In this document: in pieces, positions 25,601 through 38,967 of the stretch
How the letters are laid out: each line of letters opens with the position of its first letter
Numbering within the stretch: position 1 is the first letter of the stretch
Source of the DNA: Paragordius varius
Taxonomy: Eukaryota > Animalia > Nematomorpha
Assembly (NCBI GenBank): GCA_964247055.1
Contig: OZ176050.1
Location: 15,004,001 to 15,068,000, forward strand
DNA length: 64,000 bases
Direction: 5' to 3'
Translations under genes and position numbers: made by a program
The notes under the pieces: model-generated
Seen by the model: the letters and a program-made list of their open reading frames with translations, nothing else
What the model was told of the DNA's origin: nothing
The model's database searches: none

Positions 25601-28600
25601 AAAATTGGTAACACAATCAAGTATATATATATATATATATATATCATTTACAATTCAAATTCACGCCTTGAACATTTTTATATCATATTTTAACGATTGC
25701 AATTCACCCTTGAACAGATCAAATCACCCCTTGAATAATTCAAATTCACCCGCTAAAATAAATTATGTGTTTTTGGGCAGTTTAGCTTATATATAACTGA
25801 TTATAAATACGAAATAAACTACTACATAGTTAATTATTTATTTTTCAATATTATTTTAATTGCCAACAAAATTTCATTTTTGAAAAATATATAAAAATAT
25901 AGGTAATATTTAATTTTAAAAAACACATAATTTATTTTGGGGGGTGATGAATTGTTTAAGAGATTGTAATTATTAAATGTTTTTGTAGCGAAGAAATTTA
26001 GTTTTGCAAAAAAAGTATCGTTGGTTGTTTTTTGAATGAAAAAAAAATTTTGTCGTTACGTTCTTATACCTTTTATCCGTATTTTTTTTAAAATAATTAT
26101 TGGTCAATTTTTTTTACAGCAATTTAATTGACCTTAGCGTTTTAATAAATATTGGCTTGATGAAAACTATCTCGATACATTTATTCATTTTTTCAAAAAA
26201 ATTAAAACTCAAATATAAATTTTTTTTATATATAATAACCAATTTATGACATATAAGTTAAAAATCATAAAATATTTATTTTTGCACAAAAATCTATATT
26301 ATAACAACCAATTTATATAATTTTTTTGCACAGGTAATTCAATGGACCTTATTACGTTTTAATAAAAATTGGCTTGATGAATACTATCTCGATACTATTA
26401 AATCTTTTTATCAAAAAAATTAAAACTCAAATATAAATTTCAATATATAATAACCAATTTATAAAATATTAATTAAAAATCATAAAATATTTATTTTTGC
26501 ACAAAAAACTATATTATAACAACCAATTTATATAATTTAATTCACAGGTAATTCAAATGGTCTTATGAATGCCATATCAAGTCCTTTGTTAGGGAGTCCT
26601 CTAATGATCCCCTCTTCCTGTGGAAATTGTGGAAACTGTCAGTTATGTAAAAAATTAAATTTTATTTTAAATTTTTATTAAATTTTAAATTTTTGGCTTT
26701 ATTTTATATAAATTTTTATGCAATTAAAATAGAGAGAATGACGAGTTAAAACAAACCACTTTTTATGAGTTTTATAAGAATGATTTTAAATGCGCGTTTC
26801 TTTAATTTAAATTAATAACCTACTTTTTTAGAAAAATAATTTTATTTTATAGTTAAATTTTAAATTTCAACAATTTTTCTAACTTTTTTAATATTTTCCA
26901 TAAAACCTTAAAATGATGAAATATGAATTTTAATATGTTACCAATTTACATTTCAATTCCTCTCTACTTTAAACTTATCATCACGTATTATTTTTGTACT
27001 GATTTATTTTTTGTAATTCTTATTTTTTTGTTGATTGAAATTGAAAAATAAAAGTTCCAATAGTTATTTAGTTTATAAAAATATTAATCTTTCCTGTTTC
27101 GTTCAATATTTAAAAATTTAAACAAAATTAGTTTAATTATTTTTTTCGGTAAAAATATACACCACATTTTATTTTTCTTTAAAAAATAAAAAACATTCTA
27201 AATTAAATGATATTTCGATCATCAAAACAAAACAACGAATTCCAAATTGTGAATTAATATAAAAATGTCATATAAAATGGAAATATTTTTTAACAATTAA
27301 TATAAAAATGTCATATAAAATGGAAATATTTTTTAACGCAATCTGCTATTTAAAAAAAGATTTAAATTTTTTATAAGTTAACCAACTAAATTATAAAATG
27401 TGATGGGGGTTATTTCGTTACGATTTTGCCCTCAAACTTTTTATTGCTCTAATATTATTTAAAATAAAATCATTGATAAACTTAAACTAGTAAAAACTAT
27501 TTCTCTTTATTTTGAATCCAATATCTAAAGTATACATAATTTTAAACTATTTTCAAAATAATAGTATCCAATTTTAATTTATCTATAAAACACATTTACA
27601 AGCTTACAATCTAATATAAATACTCACATATAAGTCAAGATTTGAAATTTCTTTGAAAAAAAATTTCATCTTAATAAAACACATTATGCATAAATTTTAA
27701 GGTTACAATCTAATAAAAAACACACACATATCAAGTCAAGTTTTAAATAATCTTTGAAAAAAAAAATTTAAAAAATTTCTTTATACATATATTTTAAGGT
27801 TTACAAGCTGACTTACCATCTAATAAAAAACATACATATATCAAGTCAAGATTTAAAATTATCTTTTAAAAAAAAATTTCTTAAAAATTTTAAAATGCTT
27901 TATACATAAATTTTAAGGTTACAATCTAATAAAAAACTCACATATCAAGTCAAGATTTAAAACACTCTTTTTAAACCACCATTTCTTTAAAAATGCTTTG
28001 TACATAAATTTTAAAGTTTACAAACTGATTTACAACAATCTAATAAAAAACTCAAACATATTAAGTCAAGACTTAAAATTATCTCTATCTAAAAATCTTT
28101 TAAAAATGCTTTTACAATTACAATCACAATCTAATAAAAAACTTACATGTCAAGTTAAGATTTAACTATCTTTTTAAACCACCATCTTTTTATAGGTTGT
28201 TCCAACAACACTACCCTGGGTGTACAAGCCAGCATCAGTGGTGTGGGTCCACTTTCAGGTTCTTCTGTAACGAATCGCGGAGCTCGAAACACGATTGAAG
28301 CCTTGCTGTCTGGTCCGATTAAATTGACAGATTTTGCCCTAAAACCCGAATTCTTGAAACTGTGCCCTCCTTTATATCCGGCTCAGTTGTATTACCTTAA
28401 AGTTACACAGGAGGAAGAAAATATTAATTCTACTGATAAGTCTGGTAAGTTTTGAAATTTGAGTTTTGTTTTGAGTTTATATTCGCTTTTTAAAGTGTGT
28501 TAAAGTAGCTTATATGTGTACCGTTTTTATAGTAAATTTTAAAAAACCTATATAAATATGTTTTTTTAAAAGTTTTATTAACTACTTTGAGAAGAATTAT

Positions 28601-31600
28601 ATTTCTGAGATCTTAATTCGCTTATTAAAGTGTGTTAAAGTAGCTTATTATATGTGTACCGTTTTCATATTAAATTTAAAAAAACCATATAAATATATGT
28701 TCATTTAAAATGTATAATAACATCTTTCTAAGAAATTATATTTCTGAGATCTTAATTCGCTTATTAAAGTGTGTTAAAGTAACTTATATGTGTACCGTTT
28801 TTATAGTAAATTTCAAAAAACCTATATAAAATATTTATTAACTTCTTTTTTAGGAATTTTATTTTTGAGTCTTAATTCGCTTTTTAAAGTGTGTTAAAGT
28901 AGCTTATATGTGTACCGTTTTCATAGGAAATTTTTAAAAACCTATATAAATATGTTTATTTAAAATATATATTAACTTTTTTAGAAGAATTCTATTGTTG
29001 ACATCTATTTTATGACATATTTTTGTTGTGAAACCGTGTTTACTATAAAATTTTGAACTAAAGTAAGAAAATTTAATGGTTTGAGTTTTGCAAAAACGGC
29101 GGTTGGTAATTTTCAAAATCTTGATATTTTAGTCATAAAAAGTTACCGTTTAATAAGCAAAAAATAATTTTTCAAATCTTAAAGCGACAATTTTACCTAT
29201 TAACAAGTATACCTTATTCTGTTATTGTTAAATATACCATTTACAGTACGAATTCACCCTCGAAAAATTTATATTCACCCTAAAAAAGATTAGGTGTTTT
29301 TTGAGATTAAAAATTACCTTTATTTTATAATTTTAATATATGTAATTCTGTTTAAAATTAATAAAAAGCTGATAAAATAATAAACTATAAATAAAGATAT
29401 ATTACATATTAATGATGAGTTATGATAGCCCGAAAACACTTAATTTATTTTTAGGATGAATTTGTTCAAGGGTAAGTTTGAATTGTTTAGGGGTGAATTT
29501 CAACTGTAAATGATATTTAATAAATTTTTTGATCATTTACCATATGCTTCTTGTTATTATAGAAAAACACTTAAAATTAATATTTTCACTTTAACTGATT
29601 TAAAAAAGGCTTCAAACAACACTCTAAAATCATGTTTTATGCATTCTTTTCCAAAATAAAATGATAAAAACTAAATAAAACTAAACCCTAATAATTTAAT
29701 ATAACTTGCTCATTTATAGATTCAAATATATTTAAAATCTTAACCCTAAATGGAATTACTTATTTTAAAATTTATTGAATATGATTATATATGACAACCT
29801 TATTTATTTTTCCTCTTGTGTTTGTTATGTTAATTTTTCACCATATTTTCTATTATCAAAAATATAAAATAAGTATTATAAACTATTTTTTAGGTTGCAT
29901 TTTTGAATATTCATGGGTAAATTTTAAATACTTAGCTGTGAATTTAGAATATTTAAGAAAATAGTAAATGTTTGATAAACCATTTACAGTTCAAATTCAC
30001 CCTTGAACAATTCAAATTCACCCTTAAAATAAATTATGTTTTGAACTATTATAATTCATTATTAATATGAAATATATGTTTATGGTATAGTTTATTATTT
30101 TTTCAGTATTATTTTAATTTAAAACAAAACTTTTATTTTTGAAAAATATATAAAATATAGATAATTTTTAATCGTAAAAAACATTTATTTAGGGGGAATT
30201 TGAATTGTTCGAGAGTGAATTTGAATTGCAAAAGGGTAAATTCGAATTGTTTAAGGGCAAAAATAAACCGTAAATGGTATATTATAAATTTTTATATTGG
30301 AGGACAAACCTCAAACAATGCGCAACAAAGTGAAAACGGTGTGGATATTAAAAATAGTACTATCCATACAAATGAAAATCAACAATATAAAATTCTTAAT
30401 GATATGCTTGGCCTTAATATGACATCAGAAGAAAAAAAATCTCCTGCTTTTCAAAAAAATAGCTTTAAATTAATCCCTGGTGCTTCAGAATTAATTTGGT
30501 TGAATCCAACCCTATCAGCCAATCTTAATGTCTTTTCATCTACCATAGATACTTCTAGTAATTCAAATTAAGATTATTGAGTTTTTTTTAAATTGTTTAG
30601 ATTATTCAGTTTTTTCTACAGAATAAAAACTGATATTATACTGGACAAAAGGTGAAAATAAAAAGACAAATATTTTTTTTTTCTAAAAGACAATTATACT
30701 TTTTAAATCTTGATTGATTTCAATATAACTCATTGTTTTAATTGGCATAGTGTGAAATGGATATATATAATAATACCTACACATTCAATTCTATATTTTA
30801 CAATTGTAACTATGTAGCTTATATGGTAAAAATTTAAGTTTTTAAAAGTATGGTTGTTTTTTTAGATAAAAATAATTGTTTTCATATTTTCACGTTTTTG
30901 TCCGTATAATTTCAATTTTTACTGTAAATATATTTAAATTTTTAGATTTTATACAGTTAAATTTCAATGGAAAACGAAATGTAATGGATAGAAAAAAAAT
31001 TTTATTTGATAAAACATAACCATACTTTTTTAATTTTTCATTATTAATATAGAAAGATGAAATAGAGACATATAAGGATATCATAATCAACTATATATTT
31101 TACAATTGTAATTCATTCGATTATATAGAAAAAATTAAGATTCAAAAAAGTATAAATATGGTTTTGTTGTGTTTTAGTAATAATGTGTATATCCTTTAAT
31201 TTTCTTCTGTATAATTTTGCTTTTATTTTATTCAAATATATATTATTATAGTGATATGTAATCAATTAAATATTATAATTTATTCAATTATATAGGAGAT
31301 ATTAAGGTTTTTAAAAACGTATAAATATAGTTTGGTCTTGTTTTAGTCAAAATTTTTGTCTTTATATTATAATTTCGCTTTTATTTTACCTAAATATATT
31401 ATATTATAGAAGAAATTGAAATTGACGGATTTTTGCAAAATGTTTTATTGAATAACAGCAATAACAAACCAATACTAAGTAGTCCTGGCAGTGCGGATGA
31501 TGTTTTCTATAATGTGGATATTGATGTGAATGTTGATACGTTTAATAAACTCACTTTACCTTCAACTGGATCTACATGTAAGTTTATTTAGAAAGTGTTT

Positions 31601-34189
31601 TAGAATATAAGTTTAATTCTCCTAGAATTTTAATTTTTAAAGATAAAGGATATTAAAAAAGCATGAAAATTTTGTTGATTTTGAGTGATAAACTGTGGAT
31701 TATGAGAAAATGCTTAGATTTTGACTAACTTAGTGTATATATTTAGAATGTAAAACATTTGTTTTTATAATTCGGTTAATTTTTAAGATTTTTAGAATTG
31801 ATATGTGACGTGTGTGGGTAAAAAGAAAATTTGAAATTTTTTTATGATATAAATGTACTTTATTAGAATCTATTTCAGCTATTATCAGTTATATGGTTTA
31901 TTAAAAATATTTATATATATAAGATATAATACATTTTAAAATTGGATCTTGGGGCAATATTTTTTATTTGCACGTAATAACTTTTTTTCCAAAGTTAATT
32001 TAATGTGTTCAACTTAATTGTATTATTAAGGGCCCATGTAGGCTTTAATACCCACCTTTTGCTATTTACACCCCCTAATTATAGTATTAGTGTGTTAACA
32101 TTTATAAATATTTTTCCTCAATTATCTCACGTAAAAAATGTAACTCAGAAATTGATTATTTTATCATATCAAAAGATAGGATTGTAAATTATTCAACAAT
32201 TTTAAACTAGATGGTTTTATCAAAGAAATGTTTGAATTTAAACAAAAATTATTTCTTTTAACCCTCTTTGCACAAAACAAGTCAGATTTTACACTATGAT
32301 GCATTTTAATGGTTTATTTCACATTACACTGTAATAGGTGGTCAATTTGCAACACAGGACAAGAGTGTATGGTGAAAAAAAGAAAGGAAATATTGTTTAT
32401 TCATCATTTTGTTGTTTTTTCCATTATACACTACTTCTGTATTTCAAATCGCCCTACTATAGTATGTGTAAAAAAAGCAACCATTAAAATGCATACTGTA
32501 AAACATTTTAAACGAAAAAAAAAGATTGGTTTTGTACAGTCTCATGTATACTTTATTTATCAAAAATTTATTTTTTTTGTTAAATGGGTACAAATATTTG
32601 TTAAAGAATGAAAAAAAACAAGAGCTTTATGGTATGAACAATCATAAGAATTACCATAGAGCTCTTGTTTTTTTTCCATTCTTTACCAAATATTTATACC
32701 CCCATTTAACAGAAAAAAAAAGAAATTTTTGATAAAATAAAGGAATACATGACTGTAATATAAAAAACTTTCTTTGGAATACACTTAAAATTTAACATTT
32801 TTTACCAAAAATCTTTTTGTAATTTTTAATCAATGCTTAAAAATCTTTTTAATGTATAGCTCACACTGCAGGCGTAGGCAATTCAAGTAGACATTCAACA
32901 ACATCTCAATCACATCATCATACGGCGTTTGGAAGTTCGAGTTCGAGCCTACAAAATGCGCCGCCTCCTGGAGAAACTCCAGCTTTTTTCCGCGTTGAAT
33001 GGGATTTGACTATGCAAAAAGCAACAACCAATAATCAAAATCAAAATACGTTAAATAACGCAACAATCAAGAGTCAACCTCAATTAGCTCTTGATTTGTC
33101 TTCAAAATTATCCTTTTTAGACCGAGTTTTGGGTTAGTTTTTTATAATGGGTTATTTGAGGAAATGTAATAAAATAATTGTATATAAATATATGAGAAAA
33201 GGGATTGTAAATATATGATACCTATTTTTTAATAAATGATTTAATTTTCAATTAATATTTATTCAAAATTGTGTGATATTTTTGTTAAAATATTTTTTGT
33301 TTTGTAATGAATGGTTATATACCACATAGATGTTATTTAGAAATGTCCAAAACAGTGCAAGTTAAATTTAATAAATTTTATCATTCATAATGCCATTTTA
33401 TTTAATCATTTTTATTTTATATTTACGTCAGATCATATATATTACAGTAAAAACTGAAATTATACGGACAAGACATAAAATATAAACTCAAATATTCTCT
33501 TCTAAAAGATAACCATATACTTTTTAATTCTTGATTTTTTTTTCAATATATAACTCATTGTTTTGAACTGCAAAATATGAATTGATATGTATAATAAAGA
33601 TAAAACAATAAATTATAATTTTACAATTGTAATTAAATAATTTATATGAGAAAAATTAAGATCCAAAAAAGTATGGGGTTTTCTTTTAAAAAAAAATGAT
33701 TGTCTTTAGATTTTTACGGCTTTTGTCTTATGTATAAAATTTCCAAGTTTTATATTTTAAATGCGTTGTTTAGAAAAAGGACCAAGTATATTCAGTACAA
33801 TATCACAATCAATAACCACTTTTTCTGTCCCCAATAAAGAAATGTCAAATTTGTCAACTTGTCATAGTAAAACTTGTATAACTAATGAAAAGACAATAAA
33901 TTTCAATAATAATTTCAAGGCGACTGAAATGAATATTGATAACACGAATAATTCAAATGAAACAACAACTTTAATCCATCGAGCTAAAAACTTTTTAGAT
34001 TCGGCTTTTGTAAGTTCGTTAGATGCTTTAGAAGAAACTGCCCTCCTTACAATCATATCTAATCTGATTGAAAATCAACAAAATGATATCAATAACAATA
34101 ATACTGAGCATTCTATGATAACTGATGATGGGGACAAAGTTGAAAATTTAATAATTGCACAATTAAATTTTACCCCTGATAAGGTTTTT

Positions 34190-34225
<36 letters not shown>

Positions 34226-36923
34226 TTTTTTACAGTTACTTAGTTAGTTTTATGGTTTTTTTGAAATGTAGAGTAAAATTACAATTATTTAGAGGCTAAA
34301 CTTAAAGACTATTTTAAAAATACAACCATATTTCTCAAAATTTTATACATAACTCATAGATATAAAGATTATAGAGATATAAATTGGTACTTAATTATAA
34401 CATATTATATAAAGTGGTAGTTATATGGTTTATATGGGAAAAATCAAGGTTTGCAAAAAGTATGGTTGACTTTTAAAAAATTTATTGTCTTTTGGTATTT
34501 AAGTTTCATCTCTATAATTTTTTTACTGTGTTGTACTCTTTAAAAAAACTTTTAAGGTCTTAACCACCAATTAAAAAGCGTTTAAAAAATAAAATTAAGT
34601 TGTACCGAAAAACCAGTAAATTTAAAAAAAGACTTTTTTACAAAGACAATAACATACTTTTAAACCTGATTGTGATTTTAGATTATATAAATTTAACATA
34701 TGTTACCAATTTACAGTTACCTTTATATATATACAATCCAAATCATGTGTTTTTTAATAATATATCTAGGTTTAGAAAAAGTATGGTTGTCTTTTCTTTC
34801 AAAAACTTTAATTTTTATATTTTGACTTAATTTTTACTATATAATAGGTTTCTGCTCTGGTCGAGAATAATCCAACCGTAGCAATTGATATATTAACTAA
34901 ACTTGCCAATGCATATCCCCCCAACATTTCCAACCCCAATATAATGGCGTAATTTAACCACACAAATCTTTTATATGGATTTTTAACCATTTTTACTGCT
35001 AATATTATTTAAATATGATATTTGTGGGATTTTTGATTTTTTTTACTCAATCTATAGTAATTTTTTATTTTAGATATAGACCTTATATTTTTACATCCTT
35101 TTTAAGAGTTTTTAACCGTAAAAATTGAAATTATAAAGGCAAAATATGTAACTATTGTAAAATTTATGTTAATAAAAAAATTAATTTAGTATATCAAATA
35201 TATTGTTTTCTATATAAAAATATTTCGTTTTTTACGTTTTTTATACATTTTAAAATATGGGAACATAATTTAAACATTATAAATAATTTTTTCTTTTATA
35301 TTTTTTAAAATATGGGAATATAATTTAAATTGTTTGATTTTTAGGTATCTGACAGCACTCGTAAATACTGATATATCATTGCATTCCATGGAGGTTGTTA
35401 ATATGCTTATAACGGTATAAAAATTTTAATAAATTTATTCTTTACAAAATTAATATACCCTACACTTGTTTTGATAAATTAATTATATATAATTCTGCTT
35501 TTGTATTAGGGGTGAAATTATCAATTTTTGAAACCGTTTTAAACCGCAATTGCAGTTTTTAAAACGTTTCCATTAAATTTATTTTTATAAGGATGTTTTT
35601 CACCATACATTGTTTCAATTTTAATTGCTTCTTAATTACAGTAAAAATTAAAATTATACGACAAAATGTAAAATTATTAAGACGAAATTTTTTTTCAAGA
35701 CAAACATAAACCTTAATTTACCCTATAATAAACATTTAACTACAATCGTAAAATACACAATTGATTGTGTTACTAATTTACATTTCACTAATATAATTTA
35801 AAGTTAATAACATTTAGTTATATCTAAATATCAAGATAAAAAAAGTATGGTTAATGGTTTTGTCTTTTTGAAAAAAAATATTTTTCTTTATATTTTCAAG
35901 TTTTGTCCGAATAATTTCTTTTTACTGTATATTGATTGGTTATTCGCATAAGTTTTTACAGTTTTATTTTTGTATTTTTTCGTGATTATTCAACATTTTC
36001 TTAAATTTAATTGAATGGAAGTGATGATATTCAATGCCATATATGGAAAAAAAGAAACCGGAACCAAATTAAACTTATTTAAATGCGGAATCGTACCGGA
36101 AATTAAATTTATATTATTTTAAAATTCTTTGTTAAAAATTCTTATAACTAAATTTATCATTCGAAAAGAAGAATCTTTTATAAATATAAATTAAGGACAA
36201 AATTAGAAAATTTGCTTTAAATAGTTTTTTTCAAAGCCATACATTGTAAATGCATCAATTACTTTTCATTAACTAACAAATAATCATCCAACAAAAGCGG
36301 TTGTGTCATACAAAAAAATTTTTTTTAATTTACGCAATAAGTTTAATAAGGCATTTATTATCTATATTTTCCATATTTTAATTTTATAAACCATTTTTAT
36401 TTTAATGCCATTTCGTTAGAATATCAATTTTCCACTTGATCTTTTGCACCTTTATATCTCCAACTGCATTTCTTGCTGCGAATCGATAAAGGATAAGGCG
36501 AATCAAAATCGGATAGTTCGATTAGTTTGCGTATTTTTACAATCGCTCATCCGTAATAAAATTATACATGTACAGGTTGGCCATTTAATTTATGTTTAAT
36601 AAAAAAAATTATACAGAGAAAATATAAAAATATAAAGACAAATATTTTTTTCTAACAGACAACAATCATACTTTTTTAACCTTTAATTATTTACTTATAA
36701 TTCATTGTTTAGAATTGCAAATTATAAAATAGAAACGTATATTGGTAACACAATCAATGACTTATTATAAGATTTTTAATAAATGGTTTAAATAAGATAA
36801 AATAAGGTTTGATAAAGTACAGTTATCTTATGAAAAAAAATTTTGTCTTTATATTTTTAAGTTTTGTCCGTATAATTTTAATTTTTACTGTGTGTTATAT
36901 AAAGAAATATAAAATGTAAAAAC

Positions 36924-36973
<50 letters not shown>

Positions 36974-37987
36974 TAATCCTCAATGCATTTAATATAATTT
37001 GAATAAATACTATTGGCAAAAATATATTTGAGTTTATAATTGTATATTTTATTCCTGGTTTTACAAACTAAAACGATAAATTATTTATTTTAAAAGTAAC
37101 TGATGCTTTAACTTAATTTTCAAATATATATATATATATATATATAAATTCACCCTTGAACATTCAATTCACGCTCGAACAATTCAAATTTCCCCTTAAA
37201 TAACTTATGTGTTTTTTAATGTTTAAAACTACCTAAATATTAAAATAAAATTTTGTGTAATTGTAGTAAATATAGAAACCGTAAAACAATAAGATTTATT
37301 GAGATAAAGTGCAAAAACTAAACTACATACAGTATGCGATGTTTATATACTTTTTGTGAATACAATATTTACATGTTAAACCAAGGTAAAATAACGTGTG
37401 CAGGTTAAATACAAAATTGATACAATAGTTTAACTCATATATAAAAGGTCATCAAAATGTATTCAAATCTAATATATAAATTGGTCTCATCTAAGGTTAA
37501 CTAACTTGATGTATTCTAATCTATCAGTAATATTAACATAATACTGAAAATATAATAGACTATGCCATGAGAAATAATTGATATTAATGATGAGTTAGTT
37601 ATATTAGCCCGAATACACATATTTTAGTTTTAAGGAATTTGAATTGTTTAGGGGTGTTACATTGTTCAAGAGTGTAGTTGAATTGCAAATGGTATATATA
37701 ATCTTACCTTATTTTACCAATTATAAGTTTTTATATGTTCCATAATTTATCCATATTATGTAATTATTTTATTTTTGCAGGAAATATTGATAGAAATTCA
37801 AGCATTTTGTATTGAATTCAGTCGTATTCGAGAGGCCGCTGGTCTTTTCCGGCTACTTCGAAGTTTAGAAAATGAAACGAATACCTCAAATTTTAACCAT
37901 CCTAACTTAACTAATGAGTCCCTTTTATTAGCTCATCGTGAAAATGGTGAATCCAATAATCTTTTTGACAACACTTTACATAGTTAA
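22612..37987 (+). CDS. CNOT11: CCR4-NOT complex subunit 11 (C2orf29), 16 exons, about 898 aa with lineage-specific low-complexity insertions
   Basis: Exons: 22612-22649, 22680-22785, 22849-22983, 23692-23817, 24524-24711, 25410-25525, 26548-26646, 28196-28444, 30303-30557, 31410-31577, 32860-33132, 33774-34183, 34848-34948, 35345-35414, 36420-36575, 37781-37987; phases are consistent. Motifs: [112 protein letters not shown]. Confidence 0.94.
23453..23634. mobile_element. MITE family C copy
   Basis: ta|cagtgtgcattttaatggttgcttattt ... aaataagcaaccattaaaatgcatacg|ta. Confidence 0.8.
26105..26565 (+). repeat. Tandem repeat, 214-bp period, two full units plus the start of a third, each unit boundary carrying a 3' splice-site sequence
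   Basis: AG dinucleotides at 26118-19, 26332-33 and 26546-47, exactly 214 apart; shared internal text attggcttgatgaa.actatctcgatac...aaaatcataaaatatttatttttgcacaaaa. Confidence 0.9.
27255..27340 (+). repeat. Direct repeat, two copies of about 44 bp
   Basis: ttaatataaaaatgtcatataaaatggaaatattttttaac occurs twice in tandem. Confidence 0.85.
27600..28190 (+). repeat. Minisatellite, about 6 units of 90-115 bp, running up to the CNOT11 exon 8 acceptor
   Basis: Recurrent core acaatctaataaaaaac.cacatatcaagtcaagatttaaa near 27605, 27703, 27814, 27919, 28034 and 28125. Confidence 0.85.
28478..28965 (+). repeat. Minisatellite, 4 units of about 130 bp, starting just after the CNOT11 exon 8 donor
   Basis: Recurrent ttaattcgctt.ttaaagtgtgttaaagtagcttatatgtgtaccgttttt near 28480, 28612, 28750 and 28870. 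Confidence 0.9.
30619..30924. mobile_element. MITE family A copy
   Basis: ta|cagaataaaaactgatattatactggacaaaagg ... tgtccgtataatttcaatttttactg|ta. Confidence 0.8.
32292..32498. mobile_element. MITE family C copy
   Basis: gatgcattttaatggtttattt ... agcaaccattaaaatgcatactg|ta. Confidence 0.75.
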
Positions 37988-38967
37988 ATAATATTTAAAA
38001 CTTTATTTTGCGTGTTTTTATAACAAGTATATTATGCTGTATTTTTGCTATACCTACCTATACCTTTGTTATATTATATATTAATAAATAAATACCTATC
38101 TTTATGAAAGGGTGATTAATATTATTTTTGATAATTCCATATTGAAAATGTTATCTATTTTACTAGTATGGTGTGCATTCTTGGACTTTTTAGGCGTATA
38201 TCAGTAAATAAATGTATATTATAAAAAAATGTAAATAATTTTTCAAATCCAATTTTGATTTTAGCAATAAAATTTTAATATTATATCAGTTGTTTATGTC
38301 ATTCGCTGGAGTTATATTAATTTTTGATAATGTAACATAAAATAATTAATTTTTAACAACAACTTTCAAAATTGTAGTTTAATTACAACGACAAAAAAAT
38401 TTTAAAAAAAATTATTGAAATCCTCAGAACTGAAACTGTATTTATGTTGTATTCAAATTTTAAGATGTGGGAAAAAGTCTAAATTTATTAAAATTATCTA
38501 AAATGGCTATTTTTTAAAAAAACGCACTGCCGAGTTTGCACGTTAAATTCTTTTCCCAGGCAAATGATTTTTTTGGAATCATCTTGGGTGAAATTCTAAT
38601 GTGTGAGTATTTTTGAAATTGAGATAACATTTTCTACAAATATAAAACTAAAATAAATTTGAGGGTGCTATAGTAATAATTTTTTATAATTTTCGTGAGA
38701 TTTCAAACATTTAATAGCCTATTAACGAGTATAAATTTGATAAAATATATGTATTAAGCTAATTTATTAGTATTATATAATTGCAAAATGCCATATAATT
38801 AAACAATGAGAAGTTTAATCCAAATTATAAATCACAACAAAAGCATCCTTTATCTAGTGTATCATGCACTATAATAAATTATATTTTACATATATAGACA
38901 CTTTTATAAATAAATATATTATTATGCTAAATAATGAGCTTTGCAAGCAACCACAAACTATGATTTT

